Assembly: GCA_026392355.1 (NCBI GenBank)
Contig: JAPLCF010000041.1
Location: forward strand, 76,716-140,715
Direction: 5' to 3'
Origin: Actinomycetota bacterium
Lineage (GTDB): Bacteria > Actinomycetota > Thermoleophilia > Gaiellales > F1-60-MAGs149
Length of the DNA: 64,000 bases
The translations under genes were made by a program, and so were the position numbers. A model generated the notes under the pieces. The model searched no databases. It worked only from the letters and a program-made list of their open reading frames with translations, and was not told the DNA's origin. Below, piece by piece: positions 9,729-28,345 of the stretch. Numbering within the stretch: the stretch's first letter is position 1; every line of letters starts with the position of its first letter.

Positions 9729-12700
9729 GTGGCCTCTGCCAAGCCCCGCCCGAAGCGCCAGCGCCGCAACTTCTCTCACCTCGAGCAGACGCCTGCAGCG
9801 CGTATCCTCGAGGTCCCGAACCTGATCGACATTCAGCGCGCGTCGTTCAAGCAGTTCATGCAGACCGGCATCCGCGAGGTGATCAGCGATATCTCGCCGA
9901 TCGAGGATTACACCGGCACCCTTGCCGTCGAGTTCGGCGAGCACGTCTTCGAGCCGCCGGCGATCACGGAGCGCGAGTGCCGTGAGACCGACAAGAGCTT
10001 TGAGTCCGGCCTGTTCATGACCGTGGCGTTCGTGAACAAGGAGACGGGCGAGATCCGCGAGCAGCGGGTCTCCATGGGCAACTTCCCCCAGATGACGGAC
10101 GCGGGCACGTTCATCATCAACGGCACCGAGCGCGTCGTCGTCACGCAGCTGGTCCGCTCCCCGGGCGCGTACATCATGGAGCCGAAGGATCCGGCGAAGC
10201 AGGTCTTCACCGCGAACCTGATGCCGCAGCGCGGCTCGTGGCTCGAGCTCGAGATCGACAAGAAGGGCCAGGTCTTCGCACGCATCGACCGCAAGCGCAA
10301 GCTGCCGGTCACGACGCTGCTGCGTGCCCTCCCCGAGGTCGACGCAACCACCGGTGAGATGATCGACACCCACTCCGACGAGGGCATCCGCAATCTCTTT
10401 CGCGATCCCGAGACGGGCGAGCCGAACCTCTTCATCGACTTCACGCTCGAGAAGGACCCGGCCAAGACGCACGACCAGGCGCTGATCGAGGTCGTCAAGA
10501 AGCAGCGTCCGGGCGAGCCGCCGACGATCGACAACTCGCGCAAGTTGTTCGACACCCTCTTCTTCGATTCGAAGCGTTACGACCTGACGCGCGTCGGCCG
10601 CTACAAGCTGAACTCGCGCCTCGGTCTCAACATCGATCCCGACGTCCGCGTGCTCACGCATCAGGACCTGATCGAGCTGGTGCGCCGCATCGTGCGCCTG
10701 CCGATCATGCTCGGCGTCAACGATCCCGAGATTCGCGACTACGCCGACACGTGCCGCGAGATCCAGCGTACCGACGAGGTCGCCCGCGAGCTCGACGAGT
10801 ACGAGCACTTCGGCAACCGCCGCCTGCGCACCGTCGGCGAGCTCGTCCAGGAGGCGTTCCGCGTCGGTCTCTACCGCATGGAGCGCGTCGTCAAGGAGCG
10901 CATGACGACCGAGGACATCGACACGATCACGCCGCAGACGATCATCAACATCCGTCCGGTCGTGGCCGCGCTGAAGGAGTTCTTTGGCTCCTCGCAGCTG
11001 TCGCAGTTCATGGACCAGACGAACTCGCTGTCCGGCCTCACGCATCGCCGCCGCCTGTCGGCCCTCGGTGCCGGTGGTCTCACCCGCGAGCGCGCACCGA
11101 TCGAGGTGCGCGACGTGCACCCGACCCATTACGGCCGCATGTGCCCGATCGAGACCCCTGAGGGTCCGAACATCGGTCTGATCGGCTCGCTGTCGTCGTA
11201 CGCGACGGTCTCCGAGTTCGGCTTCGTGCAGTCGCCGTACCGCGTGGTCAAGAACGGTGCGATCACGAAGGAAGTGCAGTACATCGACGCCTCCCAGGAG
11301 GAGCACCACCTGATCGCGCAGTCCGACACGCCGATCGACGCCAAGGGCAACCTCCTTGGCGAAGGCGGCCTCGTGGTCGTCCGCCAGCATGGCGGCGAGC
11401 TCGCGCAGGTCGAGCCCAACGAGGTCACGTTGATGGACGTCGCGCCGGAGCAGCTCGTCTCTGTTGCCACTGCCCTGATTCCGTTCCTTGAGCACGACGA
11501 CGCTAACCGCGCCCTGATGGGTTCGAACATGATGCGTCAGGCCGTGCCGCTGCTCGTCTCCGAGGCGCCCGTCGTGGGCACTGGCCTCGAGTCTCGTGCC
11601 GCGGTTGATACCGGTGACGTCGTCGTCAACGCGCGTGCCGGCATCATCTCGAACGTCGACGCCAACACGATCACGGTGAAGGCGACGGATGGCGGCGAGG
11701 ACACGTACGAGCTCGTCAAGTTCATGCGCTCCAATCAGGGCACGCTGATTCATCAGAAGCCGATCGTCCTTGAGGGCCAGAAGGTCGCTGCCGGCGAGGT
11801 CCTCGCCGACGGCTCCGCCTCCGACATGGGCGAACTCGCGCTGGGCAAGAACATGCTCGTCGCGTTCATGACGTGGGAGGGCTACAACTTCGAGGACTCG
11901 ATCATTCTCTCGGAGCGCGTCGTCAAGGACGACATCCTCTCGTCGGTGCACATCGACGAGTACGAGGTCGATGCCCGCTCGACGAAGCTCGGCGACGAGG
12001 AGCTCACCCGCGATATCCCGAACCGCTCGGAGGAGTCGCTTCGCGTCCTCGACGAGATGGGCGTGATTCGCATCGGTGCCGAGGTCCGCTCTGGCGATCT
12101 GCTCGTCGGCAAGGTCACGCCGAAGGGTGAGACCGAGCTGACGGCCGAGGAGAAGCTGATCCGCGCGATCTTCAAGGAGAAGGCGCGCGAGGTTCGTGAC
12201 ACCTCGCTGAAGGTGCCGCATGGCGATGGTGGCAAGGTCATCGACGTCAAGGCGTTTGACCGCGAGAATGGCGACGAGCTCAACGCCGGCGTCAACCAGC
12301 TGGTCCGCGTCTACGTCGCCAAGAAGCGCAAGATCTCCGAGGGCGACAAGCTCGCCGGACGCCATGGCAACAAGGGCGTCATCTCGAAGATCGTGCCCGA
12401 CGAGGACATGCCGTTCCTCGAGGACGGCACACCGATCGACATGATCCTCAACCCGCTGGGCGTGCCGAGCCGCATGAACATCGGGCAGATCCTCGAGACA
12501 CACCTCGGCTTCGCTGCCAAGTACCGCACCGACGACGACGTCAGCCCCCCGGAGTGGGTGGCGACGCCGGTCTTCGACGGTGCGACCGTTGAAGAGGTCG
12601 ATGACGAGCTCTACAACTGGATCGAGAAGCACAAGGACTCGCCCGTCAAGCTCGCGCATAGCGACGAGAAGGGTCGTCGCGTGTCCGGCAAGGTCCAGCT

Positions 12701-13364
12701 GTTCGACGGCAAGACCGGCGAGCCGTACGACCAGAAGATCACCGTCGGCTACATGTACATCCTGAAGCTGCTGCATCTCGTGGACGACAAGATCCACGCG
12801 CGCAGCACGGGCCCGTACTCGCTCGTCACCCAGCAGCCGCTGGGCGGCAAGGCACAGTTCGGTGGCCAGCGCTTCGGCGAGATGGAGGTCTGGGCGCTCG
12901 AGGCATACGGCGCCGCGCACACCCTCCAGGAGATGCTCACGATCAAGTCCGACGATACGGTCGGCCGCGTCAAGGCGTACGAGGCCATCGTCAAGGGCGA
13001 GAACATCCCCGAGCCGAGCGTGCCGGAGAGCTTCAAGGTGCTCCTCAAGGAGATGCAGTCGCTCGCCCTCGACGTGCGCCCGATGCGCGACGACGGCCGC
13101 GACGTGCTCGTCTCCGAGGAGGACGACGAGCTGATCCGCGCTGCCGAAGAGCTCGGTGTCGACCTGTCGGCGGACCGCGTCCGCGGTGACGGCGATGCCG
13201 ATGTCGACGAGGCCGACGTGATGGAGGACGACACCGACGAGGCCGCGGCTGACGCCACGCTCGACTCGGAGATCGACCTCGCCGCCGAGGCTGGCGATGC
13301 TGAAGACGAGGACGCACTGGCGCTCGGCGCCGGTGAGCCCGCTGACGAGGAGGGGGAGCTGTAG
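9729..13364 (+). CDS. rpoB: DNA-directed RNA polymerase subunit beta
   Basis: Conserved beta motifs run throughout ([23 protein letters not shown], the [11 protein letters not shown] region, GRHGNKGV, and others). The start is uncertain. GTG 9729 has AGGAG 6 nt upstream. The track ORF start at 9564 adds a non-conserved, Cys/Pro-rich stretch. Confidence 0.93.
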   Translation: MASAKPRPKRQRRNFSHLEQTPAARILEVPNLIDIQRASFKQFMQTGIREVISDISPIEDYTGTLAVEFGEHVFEPPAITERECRETDKSFESGLFMTVAFVNKETGEIREQRVSMGNFPQMTDAGTFIINGTERVVVTQLVRSPGAYIMEPKDPAKQVFTANLMPQRGSWLELEIDKKGQVFARIDRKRKLPVTTLLRALPEVDATTGEMIDTHSDEGIRNLFRDPETGEPNLFIDFTLEKDPAKTHDQALIEVVKKQRPGEPPTIDNSRKLFDTLFFDSKRYDLTRVGRYKLNSRLGLNIDPDVRVLTHQDLIELVRRIVRLPIMLGVNDPEIRDYADTCREIQRTDEVARELDEYEHFGNRRLRTVGELVQEAFRVGLYRMERVVKERMTTEDIDTITPQTIINIRPVVAALKEFFGSSQLSQFMDQTNSLSGLTHRRRLSALGAGGLTRERAPIEVRDVHPTHYGRMCPIETPEGPNIGLIGSLSSYATVSEFGFVQSPYRVVKNGAITKEVQYIDASQEEHHLIAQSDTPIDAKGNLLGEGGLVVVRQHGGELAQVEPNEVTLMDVAPEQLVSVATALIPFLEHDDANRALMGSNMMRQAVPLLVSEAPVVGTGLESRAAVDTGDVVVNARAGIISNVDANTITVKATDGGEDTYELVKFMRSNQGTLIHQKPIVLEGQKVAAGEVLADGSASDMGELALGKNMLVAFMTWEGYNFEDSIILSERVVKDDILSSVHIDEYEVDARSTKLGDEELTRDIPNRSEESLRVLDEMGVIRIGAEVRSGDLLVGKVTPKGETELTAEEKLIRAIFKEKAREVRDTSLKVPHGDGGKVIDVKAFDRENGDELNAGVNQLVRVYVAKKRKISEGDKLAGRHGNKGVISKIVPDEDMPFLEDGTPIDMILNPLGVPSRMNIGQILETHLGFAAKYRTDDDVSPPEWVATPVFDGATVEEVDDELYNWIEKHKDSPVKLAHSDEKGRRVSGKVQLFDGKTGEPYDQKITVGYMYILKLLHLVDDKIHARSTGPYSLVTQQPLGGKAQFGGQRFGEMEVWALEAYGAAHTLQEMLTIKSDDTVGRVKAYEAIVKGENIPEPSVPESFKVLLKEMQSLALDVRPMRDDGRDVLVSEEDDELIRAAEELGVDLSADRVRGDGDADVDEADVMEDDTDEAAADATLDSEIDLAAEAGDAEDEDALALGAGEPADEEGEL

Positions 13365-13411
13365 GGCGCCCAGGCGACCAACGGCATCCCACTCGATAAG
13401 GAGATACAGAC

Positions 13412-18358
<4,947 letters not shown>

Positions 18359-18360
18359 GT

Positions 18361-18585
18361 TGACGATGGGAACACCCCGAGGTGGCTCGGTCCGAAAGGA
18401 CCGATTCACCTCGCGGTGATCCCGTCGCCTTGGTTGATCAACCTCGCCAGCAGTGGCGTTGCGAAGCCACGACGTTGGAACTAGGCGACGCGATGACCTC
18501 GAGGTGAATCGGTCCATTCGGACCGAGCCACCTCGAGGCCTTCGCGTCGTCCGACGCGATCAATCAAGAGGCCTCCGCGTCGTCA
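18361..18585. repeat. Double-hairpin intergenic repeat element, copy B (family 1, inverted relative to copy A)
   Basis: Begins 3 nt after the rpoC stop. Hairpins lie at about 18373-18418 (GAAA loop) and 18497-18538. It is the reverse complement of 7576-7768, and its terminal ~35 nt also match 57015-57072. Confidence 0.85.
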
Positions 18586-19101
18586 GACGTACGCCAGCAA
18601 TTCCGCCACCGGCACGCGATCCGCTGCCGTCGCCGGCCGGTGGATGAACGCTACGTGCCCCTCGGCGTCGAGGACCACGTCGGCGCCGAGCTGGAAGCCG
18701 TCGTCACTACGGTGCTTCATCGCGAAGTGTCCGTGCAGTAGTTCGCCGGCCGCCTCGCGCCACGAGCGCGGGTCGAGCAGGAGGTTGCGCGGCGTGCCGC
18801 GGCCGACGCCGAGCGCGCGGTAGAGCGCGCAGTCTTCATCGCCGATCACGGTCACGTCCCAGGCGGCGTTCGACTGGCGCCAGCCCTCTGCGCGTCCGGC
18901 GGACGTCGGCAGCACGACGAGCAGGTCAGCCCCGGCGGCGCGAATTGCGGTCTTGGCCTCCACGGCACGGCGGAGGTGGCGTTGACACACCGGTCAACCG
19001 GGGTGGCGCGAGAGGTAGACAATCCACGGCCGCCCGCTCAGATCTGCGCGAGTGACGGTCCCGCCGCCGGCGCGGGGGAGGGCGAGGTCGGGGTAGTCCA
19101 T
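18583..19101 (-). CDS. Redoxin/AhpC-TSA-like thioredoxin-fold protein with an in-frame TGA at the CxxC position (candidate selenoprotein, otherwise a pseudogene)
   Basis: ATG 19101 gives MDYPDLALPRAGGGTVTRADLSGRPWIVYLSRHPG-[TGA at 18994-18996]-PVCQRHLRRAVEAK... in one frame through to the stop at 18583. The track lists only the part downstream of the TGA. Confidence 0.6.
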
Positions 19102-19223
19102 GTCCTGACTATCGCAGAGTCGCCGCAGGTGGCACGGATGCCTCGCAGCTGTTGCGTGGGGAGGGGTTTGCCAACCACAGGCGGGAGCGTCACAATCTTC
19201 GCTTCGTCCGGGAGGAGGATCCC

Positions 19224-20162
19224 ATGGAGACCCTGTTCACTCGTCGCGGCTTGGCCGTGCTGATCGTGCTTGCGCTTGCCGTCGGTGCGGCGCTGCCATC
19301 GCTTGGGACGGCCGCGAGCGCATTCATCGGCACGGCACAGTTGAAGAACGGTGCCGTCACCAATGCCAAGGTGCGGGCCGGCTCGCTGCGCTACACGGCG
19401 TTCGCCAAGGGACAGGTCGCGCGCGCGGACCTCAAGGGCATTCGCGCGGGTGGTGTGCTGACCGGGGCGTATCCGAGCCCTGGCCTCGCAAATGGCAGTG
19501 TTAAGGCAGGGCAGATCGCCACCGGTGCCGTCGGCAAGAGCGAGATCGCCGCCGGTGCCGTTGGCTCAGACGAATTGGCGGCAGGGGCCGTGCGGGCCAG
19601 CGATATCAGTGATGGCTCGATTGGCGCAAGCAAGCTCGCCGCAAACAGCATCGGCGCGGCCCAGATTCAGCCAGGAGGGGTGGGGTCGAGTGAGATTCGC
19701 TCCGGCGCGGTGGGCGTCAACGAGCTGGCCGCGACCCCCGGTGCGCGTGCGTACCGTTCGGCGCCAATCACGCTGGCGAGTGGCGTGATCACGGCGATTC
19801 CGTTGACCGATGTGGACTTCAATCGCAACGACGTGTGGGCGACAAATCGTCCGACCAGCTTCGTCGCCCCGGTTGCGGGCATCTACATCGCGACGGCGAG
19901 CGTGGTGTTCCAGAGCAATGGCTCGGGGACGCGAAGTCTCTGGATCGCTCCGGCCGACGCGCCGACGCAGCCGTTCAACGGCGAGCAGCAGGGCGCGGTT
20001 ACCGAAGGTGGGCAGTCAGGAGAGTTGACGGTCACGGCGATTCTTCGGCTAGAGGCAAACGAGGCCGTGTCGATGGTTGCACGGCAGAATTCGGGCGCCG
20101 ATCTGCAGGTGCTCGGAATGGGCCAGCGAACCTCGTTCTCGCTGCAATTTGTGAGTCCCTGA
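19224..20162 (+). CDS. Secreted protein with 10-residue tandem repeats and a C1q/BclA-like C-terminal jelly-roll domain
   Basis: ATG 19224 follows GGGAGGAGGA. Signal peptide METLFTRRGLAVLIVLALAVGAALPSLGTAASA. At least seven repeats of the type GAVGxxEIAA. The C-terminus has the FVAPVAGIYIATASVVF...TSFSLQFV pattern typical of C1q-like domains. Confidence 0.7.
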   Translation: METLFTRRGLAVLIVLALAVGAALPSLGTAASAFIGTAQLKNGAVTNAKVRAGSLRYTAFAKGQVARADLKGIRAGGVLTGAYPSPGLANGSVKAGQIATGAVGKSEIAAGAVGSDELAAGAVRASDISDGSIGASKLAANSIGAAQIQPGGVGSSEIRSGAVGVNELAATPGARAYRSAPITLASGVITAIPLTDVDFNRNDVWATNRPTSFVAPVAGIYIATASVVFQSNGSGTRSLWIAPADAPTQPFNGEQQGAVTEGGQSGELTVTAILRLEANEAVSMVARQNSGADLQVLGMGQRTSFSLQFVSP

Positions 20163-20387
20163 GCCAAATCCGGGTCGTGTCCGATGGGGTCTCTACAACT
20201 CGCGTAGACGGTTCGGCACACCAAACGCAGCGGGACCCAGCATTCCACTGGGCACGGCACCCCTGAGGGGTGACGGTTCTCGTTTGGCGCTTTCGGCCAG
20301 ATGCCCTAGAGTCCCCGGGCTGCGGCTACTGCCGCGCATGTCAACGTGCGCCTTCGGGCGCCCAACGGAAAGCGGACTCCGGAGTCC

Positions 20388-20756
20388 ATGCCCACGATCA
20401 ACCAGCTGGTTCGCAAGCCGCGAACCCCCGAGATGGCCAAGACGAAGACCCCGGCGCTCAAGGGTGCCCCGCAGAAGCGCGGCGTCTGCACGCGCGTCTA
20501 CACGACGACCCCGAAGAAGCCGAACTCGGCTCTGCGTAAGGTTGCTCGCGTCCGCCTCTCCAACGGCATGGAAGTCACCGCCTACATCCCTGGCGTCGGC
20601 CATAACCTGCAGGAGCACAGCGTCGTGCTGATCCGCGGCGGCCGCGTGAAGGACCTCCCGGGTGTCCGCTACAAGGTCATTCGCGCCGCGTTGGACACCT
20701 CCGGCGTCGCCGACCGCAAGCAGGCCCGCTCGAAGTATGGAGCGAAGAAGAGCTAA
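20388..20756 (+). CDS. rpsL: 30S ribosomal protein S12
   Basis: [12 protein letters not shown]... with the canonical start at ATG 20388 (GGAG upstream). 122 aa. Confidence 0.97.
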   Translation: MPTINQLVRKPRTPEMAKTKTPALKGAPQKRGVCTRVYTTTPKKPNSALRKVARVRLSNGMEVTAYIPGVGHNLQEHSVVLIRGGRVKDLPGVRYKVIRAALDTSGVADRKQARSKYGAKKS

Positions 20757-21226
20757 TGCCCCGTCGCGCAGATATCACCCCCCGCGAGCTGATCCCGGAC
20801 CCCGTCTACAACTCGACGATGGTCACGCAGGTGATCAACAAGGTCATGCTGGACGGCAAGCGATCGACCGCTGAGAGCATCGTCTATGGCGCCCTCACGA
20901 TCGTCGCCGAGAAGTCGGGCCGTGAGCCCGTCGAGGTTCTCGAGCAGGCAATCAAGTCGGTCACGCCGGTCCTCGAGACCCGCAGCCGCCGCGTCGGTGG
21001 TGCCAACTATCAGGTCCCGGTCGAGGTGCCCACGCGCCGCGCCCGCACGCTGGCAGTCCGCTGGCTGGTCACGTTCGCCCGTCAGCGCCGTGAGCGCGGC
21101 TCGCACGAGCGCCTCGCTGCCGAGATTCTCGACGCAACGAACCAGCAGGGCGGCGCCTTCAAGCGCAAGGACGACATCTACCGAATGGCGCAGGCGAACA
21201 AGGCCTTCGCGCACTACCGCTGGTAA
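20756..21226 (+). CDS. rpsG: 30S ribosomal protein S7
   Basis: 156 aa: [20 protein letters not shown]... Confidence 0.97.
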   Translation: MPRRADITPRELIPDPVYNSTMVTQVINKVMLDGKRSTAESIVYGALTIVAEKSGREPVEVLEQAIKSVTPVLETRSRRVGGANYQVPVEVPTRRARTLAVRWLVTFARQRRERGSHERLAAEILDATNQQGGAFKRKDDIYRMAQANKAFAHYRW

Positions 21227-21231
21227 CGCAT

Positions 21232-23320
<2,089 letters not shown>

Positions 23321-23395
23321 TCGGCCAGTCCCGCAACCCTGTACACCACTAACCCAACCCTTTAGCACCACAGTCCTGGAGACCCGGAGAAGACG

Positions 23396-24580
<1,185 letters not shown>

Positions 24581-24584
24581 CCCC

Positions 24585-24893
24585 TTGGCTGAGCAGAAAA
24601 TCCGCATCCGCCTTAAGGGCTACGACCACCAGACGCTGGATCGGTCGGCAAAGGACATCGTCGAGACGGCGGTGCGCTCCGGCGCGACCGTCTCCGGCCC
24701 TGTTCCGCTGCCGACCGAGAAGAACGTCTACTGCGTGATCCGCAGTCCCTTCAAGGACAAGGATTCGCGCGAGCACTTCGAGATCCGCACGCACAAGCGG
24801 CTCATCGACATCCATAGCCCTACGCCGAAGACGGTCGATTCGCTGATGCGCCTCGACCTGCCTGCTGGCATCGACATCGAGATCAAGCTCTAA
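24585..24893 (+). CDS. rpsJ: 30S ribosomal protein S10
   Basis: The canonical N-terminus (M)[14 protein letters not shown] requires a TTG start at 24585. The track ORF start at 24549 overlaps tuf. Confidence 0.9.
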   Translation: MAEQKIRIRLKGYDHQTLDRSAKDIVETAVRSGATVSGPVPLPTEKNVYCVIRSPFKDKDSREHFEIRTHKRLIDIHSPTPKTVDSLMRLDLPAGIDIEIKL

Positions 24894-24897
24894 CACC

Positions 24898-25515
24898 ATG
24901 AAAGCCATCATTGGACGCAAGCTGGGCATGACCCAGCTCTTCACGGAAGACGGGGCGCGGCTGCCCGTCACCGTGATCGAGGCGGGCCCGTGCCCGATCG
25001 TCGGCGTGCGCACGTCTGACGCCGACGGGTACGACGGGGTTCAGCTCGCGTACCAGGCGGTTGATCTCGAGGACCTCTCCAAGCCGGAGGCCGGCCATCT
25101 TGCGAAGGCCGGCGTCGGACCCCACCGTCATCTGACGGAGTTCCGCGGGACCACGGACATGAACGTCGGCGAGGCCATTACGGTCGGCGTGTTCGGACCG
25201 GGCGACCACATCAAGGTCTCCGGCACGAGCGTCGGTAAGGGTTTCGCCGGCACGATCAAGCGCCACAACTTCAGTCGTGGTCCGGTCTCCCACGGCTCGC
25301 ACAACGTGCGTGCCCCGGGCTCGATCGGTCAGTCGGCGTGGCCGTCGCGTGTCTTCAAGGGCAAGCGCATGGCCGGCCAGATGGGCAACAAGCGCATCAC
25401 GCAGCGCGGTCTGACCGTGATCGACGTCGATCCCAGCCGCAACGTGATTCTGGTGTCCGGCGCCGTGCCGGGCCCGAAGGGCTCGCTCGTCGAGATCCGA
25501 GAGGACGTGCACTAA
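24898..25515 (+). CDS. rplC: 50S ribosomal protein L3
   Basis: 205 aa: MKAIIGRKLGMTQLFTEDG... Confidence 0.97.
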   Translation: MKAIIGRKLGMTQLFTEDGARLPVTVIEAGPCPIVGVRTSDADGYDGVQLAYQAVDLEDLSKPEAGHLAKAGVGPHRHLTEFRGTTDMNVGEAITVGVFGPGDHIKVSGTSVGKGFAGTIKRHNFSRGPVSHGSHNVRAPGSIGQSAWPSRVFKGKRMAGQMGNKRITQRGLTVIDVDPSRNVILVSGAVPGPKGSLVEIREDVH

Positions 25516-26156
25516 TGGCACTGACTGCTCCCATCATCGGCGGCAAGGGCACCGTCAACCTGCCCGACGCCGTCTTCGGCGTCGAGGTCGCGCCCGGCCT
25601 GCTCCATGAGGTCGCCAAGGCGGAGGCCGCTGGCCGCCGTCAGGGCACCCACGCGACCAAGTCGCGCGGCATGGTTGCTGGCGGTCGCGCCAAGCCGTTC
25701 CGCCAGAAGGGCACGGGTCGCGCCCGCCAGGGCACGACGCGCGCCGCACAGTTCACCGGCGGTGGCGTGGTCTTCGGCCCGCAGCCCCGCTCGTACGCCG
25801 TCAAGGTCAACAAGAAGGCGTACAAGAAGGCCCGCTGCATGGGTCTCAGCCAGCACGCCGGTAACGGCTCGCTCGGCATCTTCGAGGCCGGCGCGTTCGA
25901 CGCGCCGAAGACGAAGGACGCACTCAAGCTCGTCGAGGGCTGGAGCGTCGCTCCCCTCGTCGTGGTCGTCGGCACCGAGGAGGAGGCTGCGGCACTGTCG
26001 TTCCGCAACATCCCGCGCTCGGCCGTCCTGACCCCGACCGAGGTCGGCCTGACCGAGCTGCTCTGGGCCCGTCGCCTGCTGATCAGCACGACGGCGCTCG
26101 ACGAGCTGTCCGCTTCGCTCGACGCCTCCAAGCAGAAGGACGAGGTGACGGCATGA
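25515..26156 (+). CDS. rplD: 50S ribosomal protein L4
   Basis: ATG 25515 overlaps the rplC stop (TAATG). Contains [15 protein letters not shown]. 213 aa. Confidence 0.95.
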   Translation: MALTAPIIGGKGTVNLPDAVFGVEVAPGLLHEVAKAEAAGRRQGTHATKSRGMVAGGRAKPFRQKGTGRARQGTTRAAQFTGGGVVFGPQPRSYAVKVNKKAYKKARCMGLSQHAGNGSLGIFEAGAFDAPKTKDALKLVEGWSVAPLVVVVGTEEEAAALSFRNIPRSAVLTPTEVGLTELLWARRLLISTTALDELSASLDASKQKDEVTA

Positions 26157-26455
26157 AGTCGACCACCCCTGCAGCCCACGCAGTGCTGCTCGCCCCGGTC
26201 GTGAGCGAGAAGAGCTACTCGCTGACCGAGGACGGCAAGTACACGTTCCACGTACATCCTGACGCCCACAAGACGCAGGTTCGCCAGGCCGTCGAGGAGA
26301 TCTTCAAGGTCACCGTCGTCGACGTCCACATCATCAAGGTTCCCTCCAAGCCCAAGCGTCGCGGCCTGTTCAAGGGCACGCGCCCGGGCGGCAAGAAGGC
26401 GATCGTCAAGCTCGCCGAGGGCCAGTCCATTCCGATCTTCGAGGGAGTCGCATAA
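26153..26455 (+). CDS. rplW: 50S ribosomal protein L23
   Basis: 100 aa in the canonical position, with [10 protein letters not shown]... Confidence 0.95.
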   Translation: MKSTTPAAHAVLLAPVVSEKSYSLTEDGKYTFHVHPDAHKTQVRQAVEEIFKVTVVDVHIIKVPSKPKRRGLFKGTRPGGKKAIVKLAEGQSIPIFEGVA

Positions 26456-27294
26456 TGGGCGTCCGCTCGTTCCGCCCGACCTCGCCGGGTCGCCGCTTCA
26501 TGACGGTGTCCGACTTCGCCGAAGTGACGAAGTCCACGCCGGAGAAGAGCCTGCTCGCGCCGGTCCACAACAAGGGTGGCCGCAACAACAACGGCCGCAT
26601 CACGACGCGCCATCAGGGTGGTGGCCACAAGCGCCGCTACCGCATCATCGACTTCAAGCGGCTCAAGGACGGCGTGCCGGCGAAGGTCGCCGCCGTCGAG
26701 TACGACCCGAACCGCTCTGCGCGCATCGCGCTCCTCCACTACGTGGACGGCGCCAAGGCGTACATCCTGGCTCCCGTTAACCTCGAGGTGGGCGCGATGG
26801 TGTCGTCCGGTCCCGAGGCTGACATCAAGCCGGGCAACGCGCTGCCGCTGCTCAACATCCCGACCGGCACCACGGTGCATGCGGTCGAGCTTCGCCCCGG
26901 TCAGGGCGCGAAGATGTGCCGCTCCGCTGGCACGAGCGCTCAGCTGGTCGCCAAGGAGGCCGAGACGGCGCTGCTGCGCCTGCCCTCCGGCGAGCTTCGC
27001 CGCGTGTCCGCGCACTGCCGCGCCACGATCGGCCAGGTCGGCAACACGACGCACGAGAACGAGGTCGGCGGCAAGGCCGGTCGCGCTCGCTGGGCCGGTA
27101 AGCGCCCGGGCGTCCGTGGTACCGCTATGAACCCCGTTGACCACCCGCATGGTGGTGGCGAAGGCAAGGGCAAGGGCTCGCACCCTGTGACCCCGTGGGG
27201 CAAGCCCACGCTCGGACGTCGCACCCGCGACCCGAAGAAGGCCTCCTCCGCTGATATTGTCCGCGGCCGCCGCCGTGGGAAGGGCAGGAAGTAA
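26455..27294 (+). CDS. rplB: 50S ribosomal protein L2
   Basis: 279 aa with [15 protein letters not shown] and [13 protein letters not shown]. Confidence 0.98.
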   Translation: MGVRSFRPTSPGRRFMTVSDFAEVTKSTPEKSLLAPVHNKGGRNNNGRITTRHQGGGHKRRYRIIDFKRLKDGVPAKVAAVEYDPNRSARIALLHYVDGAKAYILAPVNLEVGAMVSSGPEADIKPGNALPLLNIPTGTTVHAVELRPGQGAKMCRSAGTSAQLVAKEAETALLRLPSGELRRVSAHCRATIGQVGNTTHENEVGGKAGRARWAGKRPGVRGTAMNPVDHPHGGGEGKGKGSHPVTPWGKPTLGRRTRDPKKASSADIVRGRRRGKGRK

Positions 27295-27573
27295 ATGTCC
27301 CGATCCTCGAAAAAGGGTCCTTACGTGGACGAGCGTCTCCTCAAGCGCATTGAGGAGCAGAACGCCACTAAGGAAAAGAAGATGCTCAAGACCTGGTCGC
27401 GTGCCAGCACCATCTTCCCGGAGATGGTCGGTCACACGATCGCAGTGCATGACGGGCGCAAGCACGTCCCCGTCTTCGTCTCCGAGGCCATGGTGGGCCA
27501 CAAGCTCGGCGAGTTTGCGCCGACGCGCACCTACCGTGGTCACCTCGCCGACAAGCAGTCGAGGCGCGGCTAA
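27295..27573 (+). CDS. rpsS: 30S ribosomal protein S19
   Basis: 92 aa: [18 protein letters not shown]... Confidence 0.97.
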   Translation: MSRSSKKGPYVDERLLKRIEEQNATKEKKMLKTWSRASTIFPEMVGHTIAVHDGRKHVPVFVSEAMVGHKLGEFAPTRTYRGHLADKQSRRG

Positions 27574-28343
27574 TGTCTGCTGAGCGATTCTCCTACGCCA
27601 AGACCGGACTCGTCCGGGCCGAGGCCAAGCACGTCCGCTCGTCGGCGCGCAAGGCACGTCTGGTGCTCGCGGACATCCGCGGTCGCAACGTGCTGGACGC
27701 CCGCAAGCAGCTGCTGTTCTCGCCGCGCGCCGTGGCCAAGGACATCGAGCTCGTGCTCCGCTCTGCGGTCACGAATGCCGAAGTCAACCATGGTCTCTCG
27801 CCGGACGACCTCGTGATCCACGAGGCCTTCGCCAACGAGGGCGTCACGATCAAGCGCTTTAAGCCGCGTGCCCGTGGCCGTGCCAGCCGCATTAACAAGC
27901 GCACGACGCACATCACGATCCTGCTCCGCTCGCTGACGAGCGGTGCGATCGTCGACGGCACCGAGACGGCCGCTCCGGCCGCTAAGGCATCGTCGGATTC
28001 GGCCCGCGCCAAGCGCGTTGCCGCGTCGAAGCAGGCCGAGGCCAACGTCGAGACGGGTGCCGCTGAGGTGGCCGAGTCGACCGACGAGAAGCCGGCTGCC
28101 AAGAAGCCGGCTGCCAAGAAGCCTGCTGCCAAGAAGCCGGCAGCCAAGAAGACCGAGGCCGCCGCGGCTGACGCGACGACCGAGAAGAAGCCGGCGGCCA
28201 AGAAGCCTGCCGCAAAGAAGCCGGCGGCCGCCAAGGCCGACGACGCAACGGCAACCAAGCCGGCAGCCAAGAAGCCTGCCGCGAAGAAGCCTGCTGCGCC
28301 GAAGAAGCCGGCCGCTGAGAAGACCGACGAGGAGAAGAGCTAG
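27573..28343 (+). CDS. rplV: 50S ribosomal protein L22 with a long Ala/Lys/Pro-rich C-terminal extension
   Basis: The L22 core occupies roughly aa 1-120. It is followed by about 135 aa carrying repeated PAAKK units. Confidence 0.93.
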   Translation: MSAERFSYAKTGLVRAEAKHVRSSARKARLVLADIRGRNVLDARKQLLFSPRAVAKDIELVLRSAVTNAEVNHGLSPDDLVIHEAFANEGVTIKRFKPRARGRASRINKRTTHITILLRSLTSGAIVDGTETAAPAAKASSDSARAKRVAASKQAEANVETGAAEVAESTDEKPAAKKPAAKKPAAKKPAAKKTEAAAADATTEKKPAAKKPAAKKPAAAKADDATATKPAAKKPAAKKPAAPKKPAAEKTDEEKS

Positions 28344-28345
28344 AT

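Noticed and set aside
9074-9985. 303-aa +strand ORF beginning MLVVGCSKGV.
   Set aside because: Its first codons are the inverted duplicate of the PIN start. The rest crosses the palindrome and runs antisense to the HTH gene and then out of frame into rpoB.
18583-18990. GTG 18990 as the true start of the redoxin-like gene (135 aa, as in the track).
   Set aside because: It would begin inside the CxxC motif. The 35 codons upstream are in frame, separated only by one TGA, and encode the expected N-terminal strand of the fold.
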